Assembly: GCA_040954595.2 (NCBI GenBank)
Contig: CM082576.2
Coordinates: 16,229,028-16,293,027 of the forward strand
Direction: 5' to 3'
Length of the DNA stretch: 64,000 nucleotides
Source: Balanoglossus misakiensis
Lineage: Eukaryota > Animalia > Hemichordata
The notes beneath the pieces were generated by a model, which was not told where the DNA came from, searched no databases, and saw only the letters and a program-made list of their open reading frames with translations. This document shows, piece by piece, positions 51,216-64,000 of this stretch (the stretch's first letter is position 1; each line of letters opens with the position of its first letter). Position numbers and translations under genes: made by a program.

Positions 51216-53185
51216 AGTTTCTATCAAATTTGTGTACGCGTTTGAATCCAAGATTTGTGCTGGAGGAATCTCTGGAATGGACCCGGGGTGCACAGTGTGC
51301 ATGGAATGTCTTGGTCGTCTTGATGTTTCAGTGAGTATTATTAAGCTTATTAGAAGTTTTGCCATGAATTTGTAAATCATTTCAAACACAGGCTATTATG
51401 GTAAGTTGTGACGCAGTTAGTTTGAAGTAACCAGTTGGGTAACCGGACTACTAAAAAAGACGAATTCTACGCTGTAACTGTTACGCAAGGGGTGATTTTT
51501 CCTTAGAATTTCTCAACTTTGAATCGATATTCTTTTTATTGCTGGGTGTTCCATCAACCTGTGTATGTTCCAAAAGTTGACCCATTTAATGATTTATATG
51601 TTGGGGATTTCTTGTCAAAATTTGGATCGCATTCATATCATATGGCCGTTGTTCTGTTGCATCACAGGGGACTCTCCCTCCGCGATTTTGTTTGTTTGTT
51701 GTTGTTATTATTATTATTACTGTTGTTGTTGTTGTTGATTTTTGACATAATAAACAAATACATATTTCTTTATTAATAAATATGGTTTGTTGACATGTAA
51801 AGGTTAGGGTATATTCGACAGGGGCCGTGGATCGAAAAAAATGCCAACACAAACCCTAACCGTTGATAATACCCTAACCTGTCGAATATACCCTAACCTT
51901 GTCATGTACACCTTACCAGGAGAGTAATATGATCCCCCAGGGGGATTATAACATGAAACAAACATGTTCAGTGTTCTGCTGTGGCACAATGTTGCAGCCC
52001 ATAGTAATACGATAGATCAACAGATATAGACTACAGATTGTGAATGCCTGCAGTTAAACTAAATTTCTAATTCTGACAAAGATTTACTGTACTTGGAAAT
52101 ATGGAAATTGTTCTTGAAGTGAGTGACTGAAATCATAGTTATCAAGTGATGCGCTGGACATGAAGAAATCAAATAAAAAATTGCTGACAGGTAATATCAT
52201 TTATGTAAATGCATAATGGCTCCAGATAAAGACGTAAAATCAGTACTTATTCTTTTTGCCAACATTGCATATATTTAATGCAGTTAAACAATCAGCTATT
52301 CATTGTTTGCAACACTTGAAATCAATTTGCTACAGTAACAGTGCTAACTATGGACAATTAATATGCACAAGGTGTACATTTCTCAACAAAGTGAAATGTT
52401 TCAAACTGATGGAACTTTAGTGAGATTTTAAGTCACCTTCTGGACTGTACCGTCTGATTCTGTTTCAAGTCCAAGAATATTTGTTGCTTTAGATATCTCA
52501 CTGGTATAAATTGCCTTGTGCTCAGATTTGAAAAGGCAAAATGATTAATTTAGAATCTGAATGTGGTCAGCTCGATCAACTGATGTATTCAGTGTTTTTG
52601 CTAAGGTTGGGGAACATTGGTAATGGATTGGGGAACCCCGGTAACATTTCTACATTTTAGCAATTTTTATTTAGGTCCCATTTGGTATGTTTAACCCTAA
52701 TGCTACTGGGTGTCATATCTGTTTAGAGTGTCCTTAAAATGCGTATTTGCCACTTTTTCTTCTAAAACGTATTTTGACTGTCTTGACATGGCTCTCATAT
52801 GTACTCAGACACACTTGGCAGTCTGAGCCCCCTGTAAAATGTACCAAATCATACTGGTTTCCCGTTTGCACTGCATTGGTCTGAGGGTCTTGTATAGGCC
52901 CTACTGATTAGCATGCACTTGGCAGTCTAACAGGCCCGGGAGCCATTTTTCTATGCACCTTGGAAATCAAACCAGTTTCAACTGACTTGGCAGCGTTAGG
53001 AATATATATATATATATATATATGAGACCTTATGGAATCAGTTGCATCGGTCTGTCTGTTTGTATGTATGCCTGGCGGTCCAATCTGAAATTGATCAAAA
53101 CTCAGAAACTCAACAACCACTGGTCATATTGATTTGAAAATTGGTATGCATATATACCTTATGTTAATCTCACACAGTTCTGTAT

Positions 53186-53740
53186 TTTTAGGTCCCATTG
53201 GTATGTACCATTGGACCTTATGGGATCGGTTGCGTCTGTATGTATATGTATGTATGTTTGTATGTCCGTCCACATCAAAAACTTGAAAACCGCAGTGCGT
53301 ATGACCTCGATATTTGGTGTGTAGATGCAGGCAGGGCTGTAGATGGGAGTTTGTTCAAATGAAGGTGTCATTGCCAAAAATATGCAAATTAGCTGGGAAA
53401 ATGTGAAATTGGTCAAAACTCAAAAACTCGACAACCACTGGTCATATTGATTTGAAATTTGGTATGCATGTACCTTATGTCAACCTCATACAGTCCTGTA
53501 TGTTTTGAGCTAATATTATCGATTTCCTATTTTTTATGCATTTTTTGTATTTTTCCATGTTATTGGTAAAAAGTCTTCATTTCTGAAAATGATGGGCTTA
53601 CTTCTTTGAAATTTAGTATGAAGCTTCCTAATGGTTGTCTGAGTAACCATAGTTTTGTACAAATTGTTGCAAAATTTGCATATTTATAATTTTGAGCAAT
53701 ATTTGCCATTTTTGGTCAAAATTTTTTTTCTTTAAAACCG
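53186..53740 (+). mobile_element. Interspersed repeat with short hairpin head and GTMT/GTCT microsatellite (related heads near 52671, 53020, 61360)
   Basis: Recurrent head TTTAGGTCCCA.TTGGTAT...GACCT.ATGGGATC.GTTGC.TC followed by (GTCT/GTAT)n. The layout resembles Helentron-associated DINE/HINE elements; class is inferred. Confidence 0.45.
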
Positions 53741-56700
53741 CACAGTCAGGACGTAAGTGGGGTAATTACGGCGGTGAGATCAAAGAGATCTATTTGAATG
53801 TGAAGGTCGCTGAGTGGCAGTTACGGCCAGTCCGAAAAATTTTCAAACGGAGATTTTCGGTACTACAAGTGATCGTAGTGCATCCATTTTTCTAAGACGT
53901 GTATGAAACACCATAGTCAATGATAGGATGATTTTTCGTGAAGTTTTAACGACGCGTTCCCGAGAAAGACAGTTTTGGTATGTTGGTTTAAATTGTGGTC
54001 CTTGACTCTCGGCAAAGATTTCTTGTCTTGAAAAAAATTGGGTAGGTTAGGAAGATATTGAACTAAGTTACCGTGAAATTATAATAGTGTGAGCCGCTCC
54101 GTTGTGGAGTAATGACGGTGTAAAAATTGCCTTCGCCATCGACGAGTACAGCCGTGTTTGCCATATGTGGGTCAACGCATGTTAACCCATGACGTAATGG
54201 CTTCCTTTTCAACGCGTCGTTATCTCTCATTAGCATATTACATACGGAGTGTATACACTATTCACGCTGACTGACTTCTCAGGACTGACCTATGGCACTG
54301 TAAATTGTGGTCCTTGACTCTCGGCATGGATATATTCATGTCAAAATTATGAATAGAGGAGTTTAATAATGTTTCTAAAACCTGAGGGGGTTAATTTTTG
54401 TGCGGGTATGGCTGATATTTTTTTTTTTATTTTTTAACTTCAAGGTCACTTTGAATTTCATGATCACAATTTTGTCAGTGGAAGTAAAGAAATTCTTCTC
54501 GATATAACTTCATGAAAAATCACATGTAGTACACTCATAGTACCAGTAATGTGCCTGGGGTGAAATAATTGTCAGAAATGGGTTGCAAGTTGCTTAACTT
54601 TCGTTGTGAAAAAAGTTGAAAAACTGTATGCAAATGAGCAATTCAAACATTACTGGCCAGTTCAAGTGTTTGCATTGCATGATCCCCTGCTGTTTAATTA
54701 CCCCACTTACGTCCTGACTGCGCATGCCAGATTGCTTTGCAATTTGGTAGGCATGTTCGTAGGGGTAACTTAAGTAATATGTTGTAAAAAAATGTGATAT
54801 TTGCATTTATGTGTTATCGGGGAAAGTTTACATAACTTTAATAGGCCAGCTGTTACAGAGACCACCAGCTATTAAATGTTTAATTACCAGTGGCAGGTCA
54901 GTGTGTGTTTGTCAGTCTGTCTGTCTGTGTGTTTGTTCCAGGGCTGTCTGAAAGAAGTTGCTTCTGATATGTGTTTGTACAGACAATTTTTGGTCAATTT
55001 TTTTTCTTCTAGCAACACTCGTAAGACTGCCATGACACATGACAGTTTATTGAGCATGTTCTTTGATAATTTTTTTACATTCCATATTTCTCTATGGTAA
55101 GATCATATCTGCTTGCAATGTCACCTGTAATTTTTATTCTGGTGTGTCACTGTTTCCGCATAATCCTCACATGGGACCACAGTGTCCTTGACGCTATTTT
55201 TATTTATCAGTGGCAGGTCAGTGAGCGTCTTTGTCTGTGTGTGTGTGTGTGTGTGTGTGTCTGTCTGTCCCAGGGCTTACTGAAAGAAGTTGCTTGTCAT
55301 ATGTGTTTGTACAGACAATTATGGTCAAAAATAAATTTTTGTAGCACCATTTGTAAGATTGCCGTGACACATGAAAGTTCATTGGGCATGTCCCAGAGGT
55401 CGCGTTTACGCAAAAAGTATGCGTATTTGACGCAAAAAATCCTCACTTGACGCAGATATCTTAATCAGTGCGTCAATATTGACGCATCGCTCTATTAACA
55501 CAATGGTCAACGGATGGAAACCATAAGCGTGATACGCATACTGCTGACTATCCCCCTGGGATCAAAATAATCACTTGTGCGCGCAAACTTTGTACTCAAA
55601 ATGTAACAACCACTAGTGCGCCCAACCTTTTGTACTCAAAATGTAACTAATTTTGTTTAATGAATATTGAACTACAGTAGACATGTCTAGGACGCAGGCT
55701 GAAAGGAGTTTGACGCATTTTTTTTTATGAATGCGTCAAAAAGACGCACTCAAAAAAGTGTCCCTAGTTAATCTTTTTACATTTCCATATTTATTGGTTA
55801 GGTCATATCTGCTTGCCAGTGTCACCTGTGATTTTAATTCTGGTGTATACCTATTTCCATGTAATCCTCAAATGGGACCACAATGTCTTTGACACTATGT
55901 TTTATTATGTTCTATCTGGAGAAATCACATTCTACATTCACAAATGTCACAGGACAGGTACGACAAACAACTAGCCAATATACACAGGTTAGGATATGCT
56001 TGTTCATGTGTTTTTAAACCCCATTCCCAGATTTTTGTGAAATCCTGATTTCTTGACTTACACATTACATGTTGGAAAAGAAGCTACTTACTGATGAGTT
56101 TTGCTTTCTTAAGTGGTGGATTCACAGTATTTCTCACAATCTCACAATGTAGGAACTGCTGAAAATTGCTTCTGGACTCATCCACTGCCTTTTTACATGC
56201 AGTTATGTAATCAGACATTTCTAACAACCTTACTTTTTCAATTTTCCTCCTTAAACTGTGTTGTCAATCCTTGCCTGGTGCTAGCTCCATCTGTGCCCAG
56301 AGATATTATCAGACTTGAAAGAGACAGACCCTTCTTTGATAGATAACTTTCACTTCACAGTGTAGCTGCTCAGATGTTGCTCAGTTGAGCATTGAGATCT
56401 TCAGAAAATGAGACTCCACCTTTCCATATACACCACACCATAAATGTATATATATCATCAAATTTTGACAAACAGCAATATCTGTTGATTCATCTAACTC
56501 AAGCGAATAGAATTTTGTGACTTTCATCCTTCCAATCACGTTTTTTCCTACAATGTCGGCGATACCATCACCTAAAGCTTGTCAATACTTGCACTGACCC
56601 TCTCATCTTGGCTTAGAACCGCAAGTTATTTGACTTACTGATGTTGTCATCTATTTTGTTGTTCCTACCATTATTTTACATCTTTATCTATCTTGGTAAG

Positions 56701-59594
56701 GCTATAAGCTTACTTCAGAGCTTCACATCGACATCGCGAGTTGTGAATGAAGCCAGTTAAGTTTACAATATTTCAAATTCTGATGGGAATCCCACCATGC
56801 ATGTACATTGAATGGTGGTAATCACATATTTTGAGTCACCTGATACAGTGATAGTTCCATTTGGGAATGACTCTATGTTGTTCAGATGAATGTATGAATT
56901 TTCCACCACTTCCTTATTGGCAATGGCATGGTGAATTCAATGCATTTGTTTTTCACCATTTGTCATTTTTACCATATTTTGCAAATGTATAGTGCAGGCG
57001 CAACCCTGACATTTGAACTACAGATAAATATACATGTAAATTGTATTTGAGTGTCTCCTACCCATGATTTTCATACTGAAATTAAGTTTTAATTTTGTAA
57101 TCAAAATTTTTTCACATTTCTTTCTTGCAGGAGGAACTTTCCGTGAAATCTGACAAGACTATGGTGGGGAAAAGTTGAAGATTACAGAAATGGATGTACA
57201 TTACTAGTGTTACTACAGCTGATCATTGAGAGGGAAGTATTATTTTTTATTTATTCATTCTGTGTATTTTATTCTTTTGCCTGAAAATGTACAGCATAAG
57301 ACAGGATGGTCCAGGATTACAAACACTAACCTGCCACAAAACATGGTAAGCATCTGCTATTAATGCTATTCAGTTTGGGTGTTTTTCCATGAAATTGAAA
57401 TGCAAATTTATGATAAGGATGGTGTCAATCTGTGAATGAAATGATTATTGAGAACTGTACAATGCATAGATCAAAGAGTAACTTTCACTGAACACCAGTG
57501 CATTGGGTTTTGTCATCATAAAGGTAAGATTGTAGTTTGCAGAATGGAGGTTGATTTAAGACAGAACATCTAATGAAGAGTGAAGTACAGAAATAATTCA
57601 ATAATAGACAGGGCTAACAGTATCAGGTATATGAAAATTATAATTTTGGGGGTTTGCATGATAAGGTATGTTAAAGTTTCAAAATACATAGTAAACAAGA
57701 ATATCCCTTGTATAAATGATTAGTAAAAATATGAAACCTTGATGATAATGATTAGGTAATAATAATGTGCACAATAATGATGATGATGATGACCATGACG
57801 ACAATATAACTGAAATAAATAATAATAATAATGATAAAACAAAAATTACAGTAATGATGATGATGATGATGATCATAGTGCTTTATAGCTGTGTAAGAAG
57901 GACACCATAATAGTTTCTGAATAGTGTATGTAATCATGGTATTGTCAGATTTAGGTGGATCTTTGGGTTACTTCGATATGAAAAGGCTGGAGAATGAATA
58001 TGTTTCAAATGGTGTTGTTGGTGATTATTCTTAATGGTCTTTATTTAATCCAGATTATTGCAATAATGTTGTATCTGTTAGACTTGGCATTGTGGTTAGA
58101 GTGGTATAAAGTAACAGAACAATAATGGTAGTGAAGGTTTAATTTAACCATAAATACCGGTATAACAGAGAGATGTATTTTAATCTAAACAATCAGTCAC
58201 ATTCGTCTTAAATATTCATCAGAATTGGTAGCCTAAACACTATGCATAGTTGATATTGCATACTTTGTGATTCTGTGTACAGTTTTGTGAGACAGATGAT
58301 TCTGTATACAAATTAGAGTAAGATGAGCCCAGTACATAGAGCTGCTGGTGAAAACATTTATGACTGGTGTATTAAAAACATCATTGATATGACTGTTATT
58401 GTTAATTAAATCAAGTTTTCTTTTTTTCTAGGAATGATTCCCAGTTCATTTTAATGTTGCGTGATATGTGCATACATATCCCGTACTTGTGCTACTTTTT
58501 TACACTCTAATGCAATGACACTGCAGTTAGATTGACTTTGGTATTTAACGTGTTTTGTATGATATTCCATTTCAGCATCTAAGTAATAACCATATTTAAA
58601 TCAGAATACATGCATTTCTTTTTACTTAAATTTGATTACAGGTGATGTGCTTGATTGGTGATGCTTCATTATGGCATCATAACAAAAGATGTCATTTACA
58701 CATGCGCTTACTGTAATGTGTATAGTACTAGTTGCTTTGCTGAGATAATTGTCTGAAAACTCATGTATGTAATGCAATGACTGCAGTTGGATAAACTGTG
58801 GTATATAATGTGTTTTTGTATAATATTCCATGTGGGTGTCCCAATTCTGACCTGGCCAGTCAGATTTGGGGATGTTATTACATACCTTGCACTCACAAAC
58901 ATGACATACTACATACCTTGCACTCACAAACATGATGTAACCACTCACACAGAGTGGTGATAAGTAAAAGTTTCTGATTTATCAAACTTGTATATTTTTG
59001 ATCATATTTGTATTGGATGCATGATTTCATTCCAGGTTATTAAATAACCATTGCATAATATAACATTTGTATTTCAGATGTGAACCCATGTATTTTATTG
59101 TGTTTAATACCATCCAGTCAATTTCACCAACAGCTCTTTGTCGCCCCCCCCCCCCCCCCCCCCCTTTCATCAATTAAGTGAGCACTCATTTGTATTGGAA
59201 AGCAATTTACATAGCTCTTGTTTTGAGAATTGCAGTAATTTAGTAAAATCAGCATTCAGAATTACTGGTGTATAATGTCAGCTATGCATAATAATAATAA
59301 TTATCATTTGAAAGTTTAATTTTAGTAATTACAATATTCTTAGACTTACAAAATTATGTACTGATAATAATAAACTTTTATATTTAATTAAGAGTATAAT
59401 ACAGCTAGTTTAGTAAATGAGGGACTATGGACTTTGTAGAATGTCATTGGTTAAAAGTTTTTCATGGGTCATTTAATATTTTGATTTTGTTCCTGTAATG
59501 TTGTGATTGTGGTAGCAGTTTTGATGTTAATTGTTAATTCTAGTTGTTTCTATGGTGATGAGGTTGGTGGCTTTTACTGATTTTGATGGCGGTG

Positions 59595-59955
59595 CTGCTG
59601 CTGATGATGATGATGATGATGATGATGTTGATGTTGACGATGATGGTGATGATGATGATGATGATTAAAAAAATACAGTAATAATGACAATGATGATGTA
59701 TGATAAAAATACAGTAATGATGATGATGATGATGCTAAAAATAACTAATAATGACTATAAATTAACAACAGTAATAATCACTAAGATGATGATGACGATG
59801 ATGATGATGATGATGATGCTAATAAAGATATCAACAACGGTGATAATTACAATGATGGCGATGCTAAAAATAACAGTAATAATGACTATAAAATAACAAC
59901 AGTAATAATCACTAAGATGATGATGACAATGATGATGACGACGGCGACGATAATT
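59595..59955. repeat. (GAT)n/(AAT)n-rich low-complexity region
   Basis: Read directly. A similar tract lies at 57775-57875. Confidence 0.9.
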
Positions 59956-61784
59956 AAACAATAAACGACTTATTCTGCAGTTTGAATTGATAATTGTCAA
60001 GTAGCCTCAGCTAAAAAGCAAAATTTAATAATTATGTATGATGATGTTAGGGGATAACTACTGAAAAGCCCATTAATAGTTTTTACAGTTTTGAGGAGTG
60101 TGTAGTTTTCTTGAACTCTTAAATTGAGAGATGATTTTCTAGTGGGAACTAAAACTTGTAATAGGTGTAATATAGTAATTAAATAATATGTAGAAAGGGG
60201 GTAACTTCAGTATTATTTTGTTGATAATTTGTTGAATTTTTCGTCCCCACGGGTTAACATTGATTTGTCCATGTTTCTCCCATGGAAGGAGAGATAGTTT
60301 CATGTTTTGTATGTCTATATGGTAATTAAGTAAGTTTAAACCCACCCAGTGTATGATTATGAATTGACATTTATTATTTATTATTTGTTACAGGTGCAGA
60401 GGTTTGTTAGCCACCAAGTTGCAGTCCAGAGCAGTCAGTTATAATTGTCTATTTACACAGTTTTTCTCATTAGTTTCAGATTTCCATGATGCAATACATT
60501 CTCCAGTCCAGACGCCAAAATGGTAACCAGGTAACATGACTCCTGTGGTGTGAGTATGCAAATTAATTGTGTATGAGCAGCCATTTAAGTACATAATATT
60601 CATAAACCACAATGAAGATCTGAATGTCACAAAAGGCCAAGTTTTGTCCATACATTCAAGAACAACAGCATGGTGTCTTGTATTGTTCATGAAACCAGGA
60701 GTTCATCTGTCCATGGATACATTTTATTGTCCTTTAGTTTGATGCAAAAATACTTATTGACATATTTTTCATTTTTGCAGATTTCTCTCTGATGATTGAA
60801 CATCTGCCAACCTAGAACTGTACATGCCTGTAAACCAGCCAAGCAGATTTCAAAAGGTAGCAATTCAAGCTGCATCATTAGTGTGGTGTACAATGTATAG
60901 TACAATTATTCTAATATTATGACCACAATTGCATTAAAACTTGGTATATAGACAATGTTCTGTGACATACATATGCACCCATAGGGTTCAACCTCTCAAC
61001 ATTATTGTTAATTTTGTTTAGCAAGCTCTATTGCAGAAGTACAGGCTAAACTAGCTGCAGCTATTTCCTGACTCTATATTTACCCACCACGAGAGAAAAG
61101 TCTGCTTTACCATATGTACCCTTTTATATTTGGGTAAATAAACATTATTATTATTATTTATTTTGCAGTTTGGTCCGCTCCTGGTCCTGTCCTGGTTTGG
61201 TGGTTAAATAATATGCTTCTGGACACTGCTTCTGGATGGAACAGTAACAACAGCACTTAATTCAGCCATGTCATCAGCTACAAGCATCGTGGGACCCTGA
61301 ACTATGACCTGAGACCGTACCATTCCACCACAGGTAAGTATTCTGATAACAACTCCCCTTTTTAGGTCCCAGTTGGTATATATATATATGTGTAAATATA
61401 CCATTGTGACCTGATGGGATCAGTTGCATCTGTCTATATGTTTGTCTGTCTGTCTGTCTGTCTGTATGTATGTATGTATGTGTCTGTCTGTCTATCTGTC
61501 TGTCCGTTTGTGTGTATGTATGCATGTACATAAGTATACGTTTGTCCGAAGCTCAGTGTGTTTTGATATTTCCGTCTCCTCCTTGCTATGATCTAATCGA
61601 ATGAATCTGCCATAGTGAAGTTGATTTTCCTCTCCTCAGTCATCTAGAAAATTTGAAACTCTGGACTGCACTTCTCTCTGCGATTGTAATTGCCTTGTTC
61701 ACAGGCTCAGCTCAGCATATATTTGGGATATAAATCTTTGAACCTGGCAGGCATCTGATATTGCAAAGTTATATTTCCACGTTT

Positions 61785-62460
61785 TTAAAAGATCGAATCT
61801 GTAGCATACAGCCAAACAATAGCCAAACATTCTTTTGCGATCTCAGTATATCTACGTTCGGTTGGTGACAGTGACCTTGATGCAAATGCCACTGTCTGTC
61901 TATCCTGAAGTAGAGTGGCTCCTAATCCAAATTCTGATGCATCAAAGTGTATGGTCACGTCACAGTGAACATCACAGTAATTCAATACTGGTGCTGTCCT
62001 GATCAGCTGCTGTATGGTAGCTAAAACCTCTGCCTGTTGACTCTCCCATATGAATTCAACTTTCTTCTCAATTAATTTGCATAGTGGTTCACATACCTCT
62101 GACAGCTTTTGCAGGAATTGTGAGAGGTATATAGTTGACAAAACCCAAAAGGTGCTGTATAATTAATTTTCTTTTTGTCACTTGGTTGTAGCATTGACAA
62201 TTGCTGACACCTGAGCAAGATCTGTCTGATATCCATCTCCAGTGAGTAGTTGACCCATGGAAGGTAAGTATTCCTTTCGTCTTAGCGTGAATTTCTTTTT
62301 GTTGAGTATGAGGTTGTATCAAGTTCTTGTCATGGTCTGTCAGTGCTTCATCCATTAGTGTCACTGCGGTCCATAAACACTGAATGTCATCTTCTATTTC
62401 TTCGACTTCAGTGAGTCCTGACAATACTTCATTTTGATGATGTTAAGTTGGTACTCCTCC
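61785..62460 (-). mobile_element. Decayed Ty3/Gypsy LTR-retrotransposon pol fragment (RT thumb/connection + RNase H)
   Basis: LLGFVNY, PLCKLIEKKVEFIWESQQ, and DASEFGLGATLLQ..VAFASRSLSPTERRY..IAKECLAIVW are Gypsy RT/RNase H motifs, broken by frameshifts. Confidence 0.88.
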
Positions 62461-62830
62461 GTAGCACTTAATGTCTGCGTATCTTGTGTAAAAAATTCTG
62501 CTAATCACAAGTCATTGCTGTCTGTTAATCTCCCCAGACTTTTGTCAACTCTTCTGATGTTATGGTTAGTGGGTTAAAGAATATGCAAAGCACACAACTT
62601 CTAGATGGAACAGTATCAACAACCATGACATTCAGCCATGTCATCAACTGCAAGCATCGTGGGCCCGTGAACTATGACCTGAGGCTGTACCACTACATTC
62701 AAGTAAGTATCCTGGTAACCCCGTGTGATCACCAGGCAACCATCTTTTTCACACAAAAAATTCAAGAGCAGCGCCATATGTCAGACATGCTTGAACCGAT
62801 TCTATTCTGACTTCATACAACCATGATGTA

Positions 62831-63680
62831 CAGTAAACCGTCGATTATCCGAATGTTGATTATCTGCATTATTCAGCTATCCGAACTCACTCTGTGTCCC
62901 CCGAAAAGTCTTCCTGTAGACGTATACCTTGCTGTATCATTGTTTGATATTCACGGCCCTGGCTGTCAAAGGATGGCATTATAGTACAGCACTTTCCTCT
63001 TTAATAAAGTTATTTCTTTAAACAACTTTACCGCCCATTAGCCTTTTGTTTTAATTCTTAAAGTGTTAATGTATTGTATCCTAGGGTATGAATCATTTGG
63101 ATGCAATCGCGAGAGGTGTGAAAATAAACAGCTCGACAATGGCACGGTTCGTTCAGCTGCATATGCTATGTCAGCATAACAGCCTTCCTAAAAGGTTGCG
63201 ACCGGTGGTCGGCTACTTCTTTAAATGTTTGCGGCATTATGCCGCATTTCGTCAAAACTTGAAAGTGTTAACTGGATAGGTAGAAGTGGGTTTCGGGAAA
63301 TGACACCATTCGTAATTCCAGTATTGATCTAGTAACATCGTCGAACCAGCATCGCTCTCCTTCCGCCATTACAGTCTATGTCATCATGGCTGCGTCATCA
63401 ATGAAACGCAAGTGTCACGTGCTCGACCTCAACACCATCTTTTATTTATTTTTTCAATTATCACATAACTTTGCTTTGTAAAGTATTCAAAATGCTTCCA
63501 ATTTTACTTAAGGAAAACGATGTGTCTTATCTACAGGTTCATGTACCTATGCATGTATATGTGAGATATGACCTGAATGTGACCCCCCCCCTCCAAGATT
63601 GCATATCCGAACTGATCGCATATCCGAACCAAAAGCCTGTAAGTGTCCCCCTAGCTGTTCGGATAATCAATGGTTTACTG
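62831..63680. mobile_element. Tc1/mariner-pogo (Tigger-like) MITE
   Basis: TA|CAGTAAACCGTCGATTATCCGAA ... TTCGGATAATCAATGGTTTACTG|TA, with subterminal TATCCGAA repeats. Confidence 0.82.
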
Positions 63681-64000
63681 TACTCTGATGTACGTGCATG
63701 TCAATTTTTGTCTCCACGTGATCGAATATTGGGATCCAACCATGTTGGCCATTGATCTGATTTTTCATGTCAGGAACCATAACTCAGACCCCGCCTGTTA
63801 TAATGCCATCCAATTAAAATAATACAGAGGGGACTATATGATTGATAGCTTTTCTTCAGACTTGTTGAAATATACTTTCTTATGACATGTCTGGCAGTCA
63901 AAGGGGCACCAACCACCACATTAAATAAAGATCAAGAAATTACCTGATTGGATGTTGTTACTTCCTGGGCCCCTTTTTTATTCCCTATTCAGTGTTTGAC

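Noticed and set aside
51810-51900. ACCCTAAC repeats suggesting telomeric sequence or a telomerase RNA template
   Set aside because: These are isolated, spaced motifs in both orientations, typical of transposon subtermini. No tandem TTAGGG tract or pseudoknot/H-ACA context.
54876-55900. Locally repeated blocks (CAGTGGCAGGTCAGTG..., CATATCTGCTTG...)
   Set aside because: A degenerate local tandem duplication interrupted by a probable small transposon. No covarying structure or coding signal seen.

Overview
AT-rich, intron-containing, repeat-laden animal genomic DNA. The gene and repeat style suggests a marine invertebrate, possibly a deuterostome; the taxon is inferred, not established. Protein-coding content: (1) a + strand 8-exon secreted mosaic gene, signal peptide-PAN/apple-EGF-TSP1-linker-TSP1-pentraxin-TSP1-pentraxin (3637-12741); (2) a - strand fibrinogen-C (FReD) gene remnant with two frameshifts (14192-16034); (3) a - strand SLCO/OATP transporter gene with 8 coding exons and two GC-AG introns (42951-48740), whose last exon is also duplicated at 23462-23736; (4) a decayed Ty3/Gypsy pol fragment. 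Several MITEs are present. The main discovery is a cluster at 16.8-39.9 kb of 14 complete and 7 truncated copies, in three divergent subtypes (A, B, C; 210-275 nt), of a structured non-coding element I cannot assign to a known RNA family. Read on the - strand, the subtypes share a near-invariant three-way-junction core, closing and arm helices with compensatory and G-U changes, a variable arm, a leader that can pseudoknot with the invariant hairpin loop, and flanking splice signals. It is a candidate novel intron-hosted structured RNA or ribozyme family amplified by segmental and tandem duplication. All folding was done by eye, and expression and function are untested.
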